From Batkoa obscura (lineage: Eukaryota): 64,000 nt of DNA. A program made the position numbers and the translations under genes. How positions within the stretch are numbered: the stretch's first letter is position 1; each line of letters opens with the position of its first letter. The stretch covers positions 1,054,001-1,118,000 of the forward strand of contig JASVEC010000001.1 in NCBI GenBank assembly GCA_030770535.1, written 5' to 3'. Of this stretch, positions 37,490-48,864 are shown one piece after another. Below the pieces are notes generated by a model. That model ran no database searches. It was not told the DNA's origin and worked only from the letters and a program-made list of their open reading frames with translations.

Positions 37490-39205
37490 AACATATAATC
37501 AAAAAAATAAAATAAAATAAAATAAATAAAATAAGTCTTTAAGTTAAATTTTTATATTTAGTTTTAAGCTTTTTAAATTTAGCTGATCATACATTAAAGA
37601 CTCACAAATTTAAAAACTTAAAATTTGGATTAATTTCTAGTTAAATTCTGAAACCAATTCGGACACCCCCATTTTATATAGTTTATAAAGAAATATAAAA
37701 TATTTATAATATCTTATATAGCATACTAATAAGCCTTTTATGTTTATAAATTATAGCTTATTTTAATTATATAAATTAAAGTTTGTTAATTATCAGTTTT
37801 ATCCAGGATTATAATGCTGTAAACAATAATCGTTTTATATAAAATGTAATATTTTACTATACAATTAAATTTTAAATTTTATTCATATCTTTAAATTTTT
37901 ATTACAAAATGCTTTTTATTTTTTTTAGCTATATTAGATAGTATTGAAATACAAGTATTTATTATTTTGGTTATATTTTATTGAATAACTTTTTTTAATG
38001 TTTTGCACATTTTTTTATTAAATTATCACAAATTTTCTTTCTAACTTTCAGCTTTTTATAATTAATATAAAACAACCAAGCTTTAAGTATTAAATTTTAT
38101 ATTACTGAAATAAATACTTTTTTTTAAATAAATTTATAGTTTTATAAAAACTATACTATTTATAAAATGATATTTTTTATATTTAATAAAACAAAAGTAA
38201 AAAAAAATAACAAATAAATAATTTTTATGTTTTAAATATAAATATAAATATAAATATAAAATAAATTATTATTAAATTAATATTGATGATAGGCTTTAAA
38301 TCCAACTATTAATAACAGTTATTAAAAAAATTATTTATTTAACCTTTAATCAATGCTCTAAAGTTTTTAAAACCTTGAATAATATAATATTATTTTTTAA
38401 AACTTCCATTTTTTAATAAATGTTTGCATTATATGAAAAATTTTCATATATAAATTTTATCTTCAGGTTTTGTCTTTTTCTGTTTTTAAGTTTATTTTTT
38501 AATATATTGATATATAAATTCAAAAAATGTACAAAAAAAGTTTTATTTTAGCTTTATGCTTTTTTTAAAGCTTATTATTAATAAACACACTTTTTAAATC
38601 AATTAATTATTTAAGTCTTGCTACTGCTAATAAATCTTTTATAAAAAAAGCACTTTCTATAACATTTAAAAATAATTGTTTTTGAAAAAAACTAATCATT
38701 AATTTAATGATAAGTATAAAAAATAATTAAATAAGTTTGTAAATAGTAATAAGTAATTTAATAAGAAGCAGAAGCTGATTAGTTCGAAAATAGCCAATAA
38801 AGTAACCTATATATGATAAAGGCTAAGGTTAGGGTCAGAGCTTTATTTTTAATGTACCGAAGTAAACCAATCAGTTTCTATCCCTCATTAAGCCACTTAT
38901 TACCTTCCAAACATTATAAAATGCTTTTATACATATTTTATAAGTTAGTTTGAATCAGTATTACAAACAGGGGTATAGTCCAAAGTATTGGTAAAGAATA
39001 AGCTTCAGTATTTAATTTATATTATTCAAAAAAGTATGACAAATCGTTGTTTATAAGTAAACTATTTCATCTTACATTACTGGGTTCTGTTATCTCAGGC
39101 AAAGATTATAAAAATTAACAATTATTTCATTAATAAAAATCTGATTAATTAAAAGCAAAACAAGTGAAATGAAATAAACAATATCAAAATATAGTTCATT
39201 TAAAA

Positions 39206-39214
39206 ATCAGATAA
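39206..39214 (+). promoter_or_regulatory. ATCAGATAA (SreA-type GATA site)
   Basis: About 75 bp upstream of the second siderophore transporter ATG. Confidence 0.6.
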
Positions 39215-39286
39215 GAAAATTAGAGCTTAAATTTAAACAACAGTACACAAGGATTAAAATGATTTTTATCAGACTGTTGATAAAAA

Positions 39287-40987
39287 ATGAACTCTGATTT
39301 AACAGATGAGCTCGGTATCAAACCAGATAAAGGAGATGAACTTGTTGAGTATAATGTAGATGAATTAGGGCCCCAAAGGATGGCAAGTATACGCAGCATA
39401 ATGGTTCGAAAAGAGCTATGGCTATGCTATATAGGCCTATTCCTAATCACTTTCATAACTTCTTTAGAATCCAATTTACGCTATAATCTTCTAAACATAT
39501 CGCTAGAAGAATTCAGCTCTAATTCCTTAACAAGTATCCTATCTGTAATAACAAACTTACTTGCAATCATTCTGATCCCATTGTACTCTAAGTTCACCGA
39601 CTATTTTGGACGTACTGAACTATTTTTACTTGGCTTAACTATTTACTTAATAGGCTTAATATTCATTTCAACTGCCATCTCTTTTTCTACTTACTTTGCA
39701 GGGTGGCTAATCACCAGCATTGGTTCCACTGGATATGAAACCATTAAATTAATCTTGATGGCTGATTTAACCTCATTAGAAAATCGAGCTATTTTAGAGG
39801 CACTTGATTTAGTCCCACTTGCAATCAACAGCTGGTTAGGCACTTTTCTTGCTACCCCTTTATCTGAAAATCTCGGCTGGCGATGGGGTACAAAAATTCC
39901 GGCTATTGCATTTGTGCCTTTTATTGCTCTGTTTTTTATTACTATGTTTCATTTACATCGTAAAGCTAAAAGACAAACTGATACTTTAATAAGTATTCGT
40001 CAGTTTGGGGCTACTTATAGTTTAAGAAAGATTTATAAGGAAATGGATCTGATTGGGTTCTTCTTGTTGATTGCCAGCTTAATCATGATCTTGCTACCTC
40101 TAAATATTGCTGGCACCTTAGGAAATGGTTGGAAGACCCCTAGTATAATTGTACTAATTCTTTTAGGAGTTGTCTTGTTAATAATTCTCATTTTATGGGA
40201 ACATAAATACGCCGACAAACCATTAATTCCTTTAAAGCTATTAAAAAATAGGACAGCTTTAGGTGCCATCTTAATTTTAGTCTGTGTTGGAATTGACAGC
40301 GGTTTAAATTGGCAATACTTTTTGTTATATTTCATGATTACTCGAAAACTAGATCCAACAAGAGCCACCTTATTATTTAAAGGATATCAGATGGGGTATT
40401 TAGCCTCTGGTTTCTTTGTTGCTTTCTTAATTAAAAAGAAACTAAACTTCAGATATATCTTGATTACAGGTGCTGCTTTAAACTGCATCGGTATAGGCAC
40501 CATGATTCCCGCTAGATTCCCACATTCCACCGAGCTTTCAATTCATGTCACTCAAACAATTGCTGGAGTAGGACAAGCTATCTTAGATATAGGCATTGTT
40601 GTGGCTTACCAAGGTTCAGTAAGTAGAAAAAACGTAGCAATAATTACTAGTACTGCTCAAGTTTTACGAGGTGTTTTCAGTGCATTTGGAAATACGATTG
40701 CTGGCGCCATTTGGAACCAAGTGATACCCGAATTGATGAAGCAATATGTTGAGGGTAGCATTGATATCATTAAGGCTATGAATGAAATGACTTATGTTTG
40801 GGGATTAACCGAAAATCAATTCGACCAGGTTGTAACTGCTTTTGGGGATGGCCAAATGATCATTTCGGCCATATCTTGTGGTTTGGCAGGAGTTGGATTC
40901 TTGATTGCTGTTTTTATGATCAAACCTATCGATATTCATAATACTCAAAAGTTTGATGACAGGATAAGTGATGAGCATAAAGGATAA
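39287..40987 (+). CDS. MFS siderophore-iron transporter, paralog of 26039-27748
   Basis: TDYFGRTE, ADLTSLENR, and shared DSGLNWQYF, MIPARFPHS and PIDIHNTQKFDD. Confidence 0.93.
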   Translation: MNSDLTDELGIKPDKGDELVEYNVDELGPQRMASIRSIMVRKELWLCYIGLFLITFITSLESNLRYNLLNISLEEFSSNSLTSILSVITNLLAIILIPLYSKFTDYFGRTELFLLGLTIYLIGLIFISTAISFSTYFAGWLITSIGSTGYETIKLILMADLTSLENRAILEALDLVPLAINSWLGTFLATPLSENLGWRWGTKIPAIAFVPFIALFFITMFHLHRKAKRQTDTLISIRQFGATYSLRKIYKEMDLIGFFLLIASLIMILLPLNIAGTLGNGWKTPSIIVLILLGVVLLIILILWEHKYADKPLIPLKLLKNRTALGAILILVCVGIDSGLNWQYFLLYFMITRKLDPTRATLLFKGYQMGYLASGFFVAFLIKKKLNFRYILITGAALNCIGIGTMIPARFPHSTELSIHVTQTIAGVGQAILDIGIVVAYQGSVSRKNVAIITSTAQVLRGVFSAFGNTIAGAIWNQVIPELMKQYVEGSIDIIKAMNEMTYVWGLTENQFDQVVTAFGDGQMIISAISCGLAGVGFLIAVFMIKPIDIHNTQKFDDRISDEHKG

Positions 40988-41735
40988 ATTTAGCTCTAGG
41001 TTTTGGTATTTTAAAAAAAATACAATACCTTAAAAAATTAATAAATAAAAAACATTGCTTATTAATTCACCTAAGAAAATTTGAAATTTTAGTGCATTGA
41101 AATATTTTTATTAAAGCTAAAGCCAAACAAAATTATTCTCGCATTTGATGATTTATAAGCTACGATTTTTAAAATATAAAGTACTTTCTATCACAACCGT
41201 TAAAGTTATTTTCTTAACTATGATTTGCATTAAGGAAATGATGATATTTGTAAATAAAAATAAGCCTTAAAAGCGAAAGGTATTCAAGGATGATAACCTT
41301 TTTGCAATAGCAAGTTATATAAAACAAACGCAGTAATATGATAACAATCAATGCAATGTCATTATTTTGAATATGTTTAAATTACTAAAATTGTAATTAG
41401 AGTAATATTTAGAGAAAACCAATGTACAAGCTGTTAATATTTTTTTATAAAATTCCCTTGCAATTAAATGAAAACTAAACTTGGGATATTTTGATCAGAT
41501 CAGGAGCCTCATCGATGCGTATACAGCTTATATCAGCTATAAATGAATCAATACAAGAGCATTAGTATTTTAGTTTACAATAGTTACTATTTATTGAATT
41601 TTATAAATGTTATTCTGTATATTAAACAAAGTTTGAACTATTTAAATGTGTAATAGTAAATTCGTCATGGGTAGAAAGATAAAATATCAACTAAAATCTG
41701 AATATTAAAAGAAAACGAAATTGCATTATATATTA

Positions 41736-42101
41736 CTAATTATTCTTTAAATGTGTAGCCACCTTAGGTGTTAATGAGATGTGGATAGTAGATTGGAATT
41801 TATTTGCCGAATCCAATGAGTCTGGGAACCCATACATCAACATCAGATCAAAAGGAACCATCTTCATCTTATTCCTGGCTTCTTTTAATGCCAAATCTGA
41901 GCCAAAATCTGATCCCCAGCTAAAATCAACATTATAATCTTCATAGCTACTATGCCTTTTTTTATTAAATATGGATTTGATCGTTCTGCCTTCACACTTT
42001 ATAAACTGAAGCTTATTACCTAATTGTATCTTGAGTTCTTCTTCTTCCCGCCGATAGAAGCTCTGTACCTTACTTAGCGCTTTTTTAAAAGATTGTTGCA
42101 T
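41736..42101 (-). CDS. 121-aa unknown protein, family copy 1
   Basis: Colinear 121-aa paralog at 61705-62070 with conserved frame and TIHISLTPKVA end. Confidence 0.8.
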   Translation of the reverse strand: MQQSFKKALSKVQSFYRREEEELKIQLGNKLQFIKCEGRTIKSIFNKKRHSSYEDYNVDFSWGSDFGSDLALKEARNKMKMVPFDLMLMYGFPDSLDSANKFQSTIHISLTPKVATHLKNN

Positions 42102-42461
42102 TGAGGGTTCAAATTAAGCTATATATGTTTATTCCTATCTAGCATTTTTATACTATTTATACTTTTTTACTCAAAATGAAATTTAATTTACAATATTATC
42201 AAGATTAAAATCCAGATGACTTCATTAGCCAATTAATAAGTAAATAAAAAATATAAATTCTAAAAGATCAAAAGTTTTACACTTTTATTTCATCATAAAG
42301 CTAAAAAAAGTTAACATATAAAGCTATATAATTAATATTTTTAATTTATCCAATTTAAAATATTTAACTCCCTACATTTACTATTGAAAGTACCTATTAC
42401 CTTGGTTCACCCCGTCCTTTTTTAATTCCCCTTATTTAATCTCTTTATTGACTTGCCATAT

Positions 42462-42561
42462 GGGGATGTATTTTTGTGTTTAAAAATTTTGCTAACAATC
42501 TTTCCGCTCAAATAGCGCTTAAAAGATGGAAAAAGTGATGAAACCAAAAAAAAACATCCCC
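42462..42561. mobile_element. Family A MITE; empty site visible in paralogous promoters
   Basis: TSD ATAT/ATAT; absent at the homologous positions ~45780 and ~61352. Confidence 0.95.
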
Positions 42562-43599
42562 ATATGCTTATTGCCCCTAAATTTTATTAACTGCTTCCAT
42601 TAGTAAAATAAAATCACTTTTTTTCATATATTTATCATTTTTATTAATTTGACTAACAACGGTATGTTATAATAGTAATAAACATATCGATGTATTGCGT
42701 TTGTATTACTAAAACAAAGAAAATTTTGGTTTTTTTATCGACTCTATGGACATATTGAGTTTTAATTTACACCTAGAATTTAGATTTAAAAAATAGTAAT
42801 AAATTGGCTACTTTTTGTTGTGTAGTAATAATAATTTCTATCACTATCTTTGTTGTTTTCATCGATCATACTTTAACAACCTAAATAACCCCATTTTCTA
42901 CTGTCTTATTTATTTTTCTTTAACAGATTGATTTATTTTTTGTCTCAGTGTGATAATGTGTTATTATTGAATGTATATTGGTAGACCTATTAACACATAT
43001 TTCTCATTTCCAACTATAGTTACAATACCATACATCATCCTAAACATCTAAACATGGCAGTTATTGTGAAATTCTATTTCTGTTATTTTTTCAAAGATTT
43101 ATTTAGTTATCAACTATAAAGTTTATTCTAACCACCATTTAATCAAAGGCATTTTTTAATCAATAGACTGGGGGCGGGTTTGTTGAAATAAAGTATACTA
43201 CAATTATAAAATATCTTTAGGCATCTTTTAAAAAACAGCAGTTAATAGGATGAGCTATAATCGAATAAAGTAAATAAATAACAACAACTAGTATTCTTTG
43301 AGTAAGGACGGACAAAACATACCGCTTTGCCTTTTTTTATTTCTATCAATCCTTTTTCTGAATTTTATTTTATAATGTATTTAAAGGGCTGTCTTTTGTC
43401 CTTACCTAAAAGGGTAATGTAAATTTAAAAATTGAAATTGATTTCAACCAATAAGAAGACACGAGGACTGACCAATTAGAAAGAATCAAACTGTAAGATT
43501 TGCTATTGCCATGAAAGACGGGACATCCCAGCATTAAAATGGGGAGATGAGGTGATAGCCTATAATGTAGCTCCTTTGTCTAAACAAGATAACTGATAT

Positions 43600-43809
43600 G
43601 AGCTTAAAGCCTTTTTTGTTTTTGTTACACCTTTTTGAGAAATGTATAAAACTCCGATGGTTTAGCAATTGCAAGCAAAAAAACTAAACAGAATACTGAA
43701 ATTTGTAGTATTTGTTTTATTTTTTATTTTTCTCTTGCAATTGTTAAACCACCAAAGTTTTTCACACCTTTCAAAAATATATAGGATCAGAAGAGGCTAA
43801 GAAAAACTC
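43600..43809. repeat. Imperfect fold-back palindrome, ~100-bp arms
   Basis: GGTTTAGCAATTGCAAG (~43659) is mirrored by CTTGCAATTGTTAAACC (~43734); weaker pairing extends both ways. Confidence 0.75.
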
Positions 43810-44087
43810 TATGTAAATTACTACATGGCATTTTTTTAATGCTGCTTTGGTGTACAACTAGTGTTTAAAATGAACTCAATTTTTATAAAGCTATAAGATT
43901 TATTTTAATGATTATGCTCTCTTTATTTTAATAGCTGCTATTTTTAAACATTATAACATGTTAGAAAGCAGTTTATGTTTAATTTTCAGTTTTTAGCTTT
44001 TTTCATGATTAAAAAGGACAATATAATCAGAAAAAAATCAGAAAATTAATAAATTAAGTTAGCTTGTTTTATTTTATAAAGCGAAAT

Positions 44088-44360
44088 TTAATAATCTGGT
44101 AACTTTTGGTTTTTTTCGTTAGACATTAGGTATCTATCCTGCATATTATCATTCATTTTAGCTCTTTTATCCATCCACTTTTGGGTCTCAGCATCTATAT
44201 CTTGATATGACTCAGTCTCATTAGATATATCTGTAACATGAAAAAATAGTACAAAATAAGTGTCATTAGCTTTCACGTCTCCTTGGTTGTTCGTGGTAGC
44301 ATGATTATTATAAGACCATAACTGGTTAGTATAAGAGTTGCTTTTATTTGAGTTACTCAT
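44088..44360 (-). CDS. Hypothetical 90-aa hydrophilic protein
   Basis: ATG-initiated ORF, GC above flanks, protein-like composition, TATA-like element ~50 bp upstream; no homolog recognised. Confidence 0.5.
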   Translation of the reverse strand: MSNSNKSNSYTNQLWSYNNHATTNNQGDVKANDTYFVLFFHVTDISNETESYQDIDAETQKWMDKRAKMNDNMQDRYLMSNEKNQKLPDY

Positions 44361-45074
44361 TATGTTGATATTGTAATAATTAAGTAGAGATTGTATAAGA
44401 GATAACCTATATACGTATTTTAAAATTTTAAAGTTATTTTAATAACAAACTACATTGCGTTTCATTTTATAGCATTTAGGCATTTAAGTAGGCTTCTATT
44501 TACATGTGATTAGCTATTTCAAGTTTTATATTTTAGACTTTATTCCATATGCTTTTATTGATAGGTGATTTATACACTGAATTGAAAAAATTCAAATGTT
44601 TATAATGTTTACAATGCTTTTTACATTTTATAACAAACAATACGAATAAAAGATAATAAACTATAAAGTTAAAGCTATGATTTAGTTTATCTTGATATTA
44701 ATCTTTTGTTTGCTTTAAAAATTTAGCTGATGCACTAAGAGCTCTTGTAAATTGGTCAAGTTTATTTTGAATGAAGCTGTAAACAGAATGTGAATTCTGA
44801 AATTGAAATGGTGCATGTTTTGGTAGTATGCTATATTGGCATTTATATTATTTATCTACATTAGCTCTTAAAGTTATAATAAAGTTATAATAAAGATACT
44901 TAAAAAAGCTTGAAAACAATTTTAGGGTTGATGGGTTTATTAATATAATAAAAAAAGCAATAACAATTAACTTAGTATTATCATAGTAACTAAATTCAAC
45001 AATTTTAAAAAATCCTACCACAGTGTCAACTATCTTTCGTTAAATCCCGTTAAAGATCCCCTTCTCTCCAAAGC

Positions 45075-45416
45075 TAGCTAGGCTTGTTAATGAGATATTA
45101 ATGTAAGCTAAAATCTACTCATCGAATCCAAAATTTCTGGAAGCTTACTAATCAACATGTGGTCAATAGAAACTGTGTTTCTCTTGTTCTTAGTTCCCTT
45201 TAACTCAAAGTCCACGTTAAAATCATAGTCATATTCCAAATCAATATTATAATATTCATAGCCACTATGTCTGTTTTCAATAAATTTAGGCCTAGTCGTT
45301 CTGTTTTTAGGCCTTACGAACTGAAGTTTGTTCCCTAGTTGCAACTTGAGCTCTTCCTTCTCCCATTGATATATGCTCTGTACTTTAGTTAACGCTTTTT
45401 TAAAGGAATGCTGCAT
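45075..45416 (-). pseudogene. Truncated copy 2 of the 121-aa family
   Basis: Gln codon is TAG at 45108-45110, followed by a 1-bp frameshift; ISLT is still readable downstream. Confidence 0.7.
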
Positions 45417-46735
45417 TGTGGATTTTGATTAGACTATAGTTAACTTATCTCCTATTTATAGCCTATTTATACTTTCTATACTTTTTTTTAATTAAAATGA
45501 ATTTTGATTTAGATAGTATGAATATTTAAATTAAATGATATCATTTATTAACTAAAAAGTAAATAAGAAGTTGCAATTTCTAAAAGATGGTAAAATATTA
45601 ACACATTTGATTTATCATAAAGCCATATCTAGTTAAAATATAAACCACATAACCAATGATGTTTACTACTATTTAATTTAAAATATTTGGTTCCTTACAT
45701 TTACTATTATTAATTGTTTTTACCTCAATCCGCCCATCTTTTTTATAGCCCCTCTGCTTAACTTTATTTATTATTTTGCTATACACTTACTACCGTTAAA
45801 GTTTATTAACTATCTATATTGATAAAGTAAGAATACTTTTATGTTTATTTTCAAAAAAGGTTTGAACCCATTAGGAAAGCGTTTTGTTAAATTAGGTTAA
45901 TGAGATTAGAAAGTCTCGACCTCTAATTTATTGTAGGTTTTCTTATATTTCAATAGGCACAAAGTTTTATCAATTGTAATACTTATCGTTACATTACACC
46001 TGTACCCCAAAAGGAAATAGACCTTTGTCCATTATTGGCTGGATAATATAAAACACATCATACTCTACATCTATGGTTGGGTTTTTAAAACAGTAGTATG
46101 ATATTACTTTTTGTTGTGTAGTGATATAAATTATATCTCCATTCTTGTTTCCAGTTATTGAATTCCTGTTTTTTAATAACCGAAATAACCCCTTTTTAAC
46201 AGTTGCATTTATTTTTCTTTTAGAAACTAAACTATATCCTACCTTAGTGCAAGGTATTGTTATTATAAATACAATATTGATAAGTTTACTATTCTTACCT
46301 TCTATTTTTATTTTAATTGTATTATTATACATCATCCTCCTTGAACATAACAACTAATACACAATTCTATTTGAGTTATTTTTTAAAGTTTATTAAGTTT
46401 CCAACTTTAAACTTATTTTAACCACCATTTTAATCAATAACTTGGGGCGGGTTTAAAAAAAAGTACTCTATCGGAATAATAATTCTAGGCATTTTTCAAA
46501 ATGAAGTTGAGAAGGATGATATAATATATAATTGAAATAAGCAAAGCAATAAAAAATAGATTTTAAAAAGTTGAAATTTAATTACATTTACATTATGAAA
46601 TAAATTAATATTTTTATTTGCTAAAAAATAATTGAAAATGCCAGCTTATTTTGGTATTTTGCTTATCCTTCAAACATCTTAAAATTTTGAAAAAAACGTT
46701 TTATAATTTGTTTTGTTAAATAAAAAATACGATAT

Positions 46736-46831
46736 GGGGGTATATTTTTTGTTTAAGAGTTTTACTAACAATTTTTCCACTAAAACAGCGCCTAAAAAAT
46801 GGAAAAAGTGATGAAACCAAAAAACACCCCC
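46736..46831. mobile_element. Family A MITE
   Basis: GGGGGTAT...ACACCCCC, TSD ATAT/ATAT. Confidence 0.93.
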
Positions 46832-47511
46832 ATATTTGTATTTATTAATTGAATTATACCACTATAAACAAATTCGTCAACTTTTATAAACATTTTAATA
46901 TATTAGAATGCCATCTGCACAATTTATAGCATCCTTATTTACCACTTTATGTTCTAATTTTGATATATTAACCGAATGAAAATATAAAGTATTGTTATGA
47001 TGTTAGGTATTGAAAAGTTCATTTATAGTTATTGGTTTCTTTAGTTCTTGGAATAACTCTTTCAAAATTTGTACCCCAGTTAAACTAGTTGTATTGTATT
47101 TAATTTTTAACATTATAAATTAATATAGATCAAATAAAGAAGATATTTCAAATCGGTTAATATGTTATTGATAGTTATTAATGCTTTGAGGTGCACCATT
47201 AAATCTTTATATTTTAACAAAATCAATACATGGCTATCTAACCAGATAAAATTTATACTTAACTAATGTATATATTTTTATATTTTTATATTTTTATATA
47301 GAATGATCTATGTATATTTAATTATTAAATACACCAATATTAACTAAACTTATAATATTAATATTAGTATAGTAATGTATAAATTATACAAAACGACACA
47401 TTTATTTACTTGTTAGTTTTGAATATGAAATATTTTTACATTATATTTTAAAAAAGAATAATAAAAATACGAGTAACATTGATTCACATCAAAACGTTTA
47501 ATGTGTTTAGC

Positions 47512-48864
47512 TAATGCTTTGCTTAAAATTCTAAATCAAATAGTTTATTTAAAAGACATGAAATAAAGTTCTGTTCTCTATTTAATGAAGGTCTTCAATA
47601 ATAGTTTTTGCTTGATATAATAAACATTGTCTTAGATATGTGTTGTTAGATTATGTAAAAGCGGTCGCAAAAAATTTTAATGTCATTTTAATAAATCTCT
47701 ACTGATGGGCAGAAATTTTTATTATAATCAAAACTAGTAATATGCTGACTTTTATTTTTATTAAAATTTAGACCTTTTTTGAACTTTAGCTAATTATTTG
47801 TTTCTAAATCAACATCAACATCAATATCAATATCAATATCAATATCAATATCAATATCAATATCAATATCAATATCAATATCAATATCAATATCAATAAG
47901 CATAAAAAACGATAAATAAGAAATGTTAATTTTTTTCCAAACACTTTCTAAAATATTCAAACAAACAATATACTAAAATATAACAAACGACCTATATAAT
48001 TGTATCGCACGCGTCTGATTTAGTATCATGGACATTACATAAGGAGTGCAAAAGCAAGATATTGGATAATGGTTGTGTAGATTTGATGATTGTAGTTTGG
48101 CACTCTTTTTTGAAGGTTTAGTAGAAGTATCTAGTGAGCTTTAGGTGTATTAGTTTTTTGGACTCTAAATGGATTGAGACTCCTTTTACGAATTTAATAA
48201 AACTTAAATCTTTGTCTTTAAATATTAGTAATTCTTTTTGATTATTTGATTTTATTTGGTTCGTTAATATTAAAATAAGTTTTTTTATTTTTTTATAATG
48301 TCATATACTAATCTGATTTATATAATTATTACCTTTTATACATTCTTTCTTGGTGATGCTTATTTTGTCTACTTACATTTATTAAGTCAAGTTTGTTGTT
48401 GTAATAAATGCTTTACTGCTATGTTTTTTAGAAACAATATCAAATAGGACTTAAAAATCTCCTGCTTCTAAATTGAATTTTGTCATACTTATATTTTAAC
48501 TAGACATGCAATATTTTTATGATTATAGCTATACTAAATATAATACTTTATATTATATTACATGTTTCCATAAAGATACAACAATAAAGTATTTTAAAAA
48601 AAATTTGAAGGTCTAACTTATTCATATAAAGCATCTCGATTTTCAAGAATATATTCGAACGAAATGTATGAATGTATAAATCTTATACAAAGATGTTTAT
48701 AAATGGCGACAAATACTTGTGAAGTAGCTTTCTACGCAGGAAATCCTCTATTTCATTGACTCTAAGCGTTAATAAAGTAGTTTCGAGGATTTCTATACCA
48801 TACTATTTAAGTGTAAACTACATCTATTAAATCCTGATATAATCAATAAAAATTTATGATAAGT
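47512..48864. repeat. Left arm of a near-identical inverted repeat (partner 58279-59679); contains (TCAATA)13 at 47821-47898
   Basis: Reverse complement matches the partner wherever checked, except for microsatellite length. Confidence 0.95.

Larger units (their letters stand above)
34802..37670 (-). mobile_element. Full-length Sola-like (Sola2-type) DNA transposon
   Basis: Perfect TIRs GGGGGTGTCCGAATTGGTTTCA / TGAAACCAATTCGGACACCCCC, 4-bp TSD ATTT/ATTT, single transposase ORF. Confidence 0.9.

Noticed and set aside
45994..46353. 119-aa ORF upstream of the truncated family copy
   Set aside because: Homologous segments at ~42750-42900 and ~60900-61150 do not keep the frame; treated as conserved non-coding DNA.
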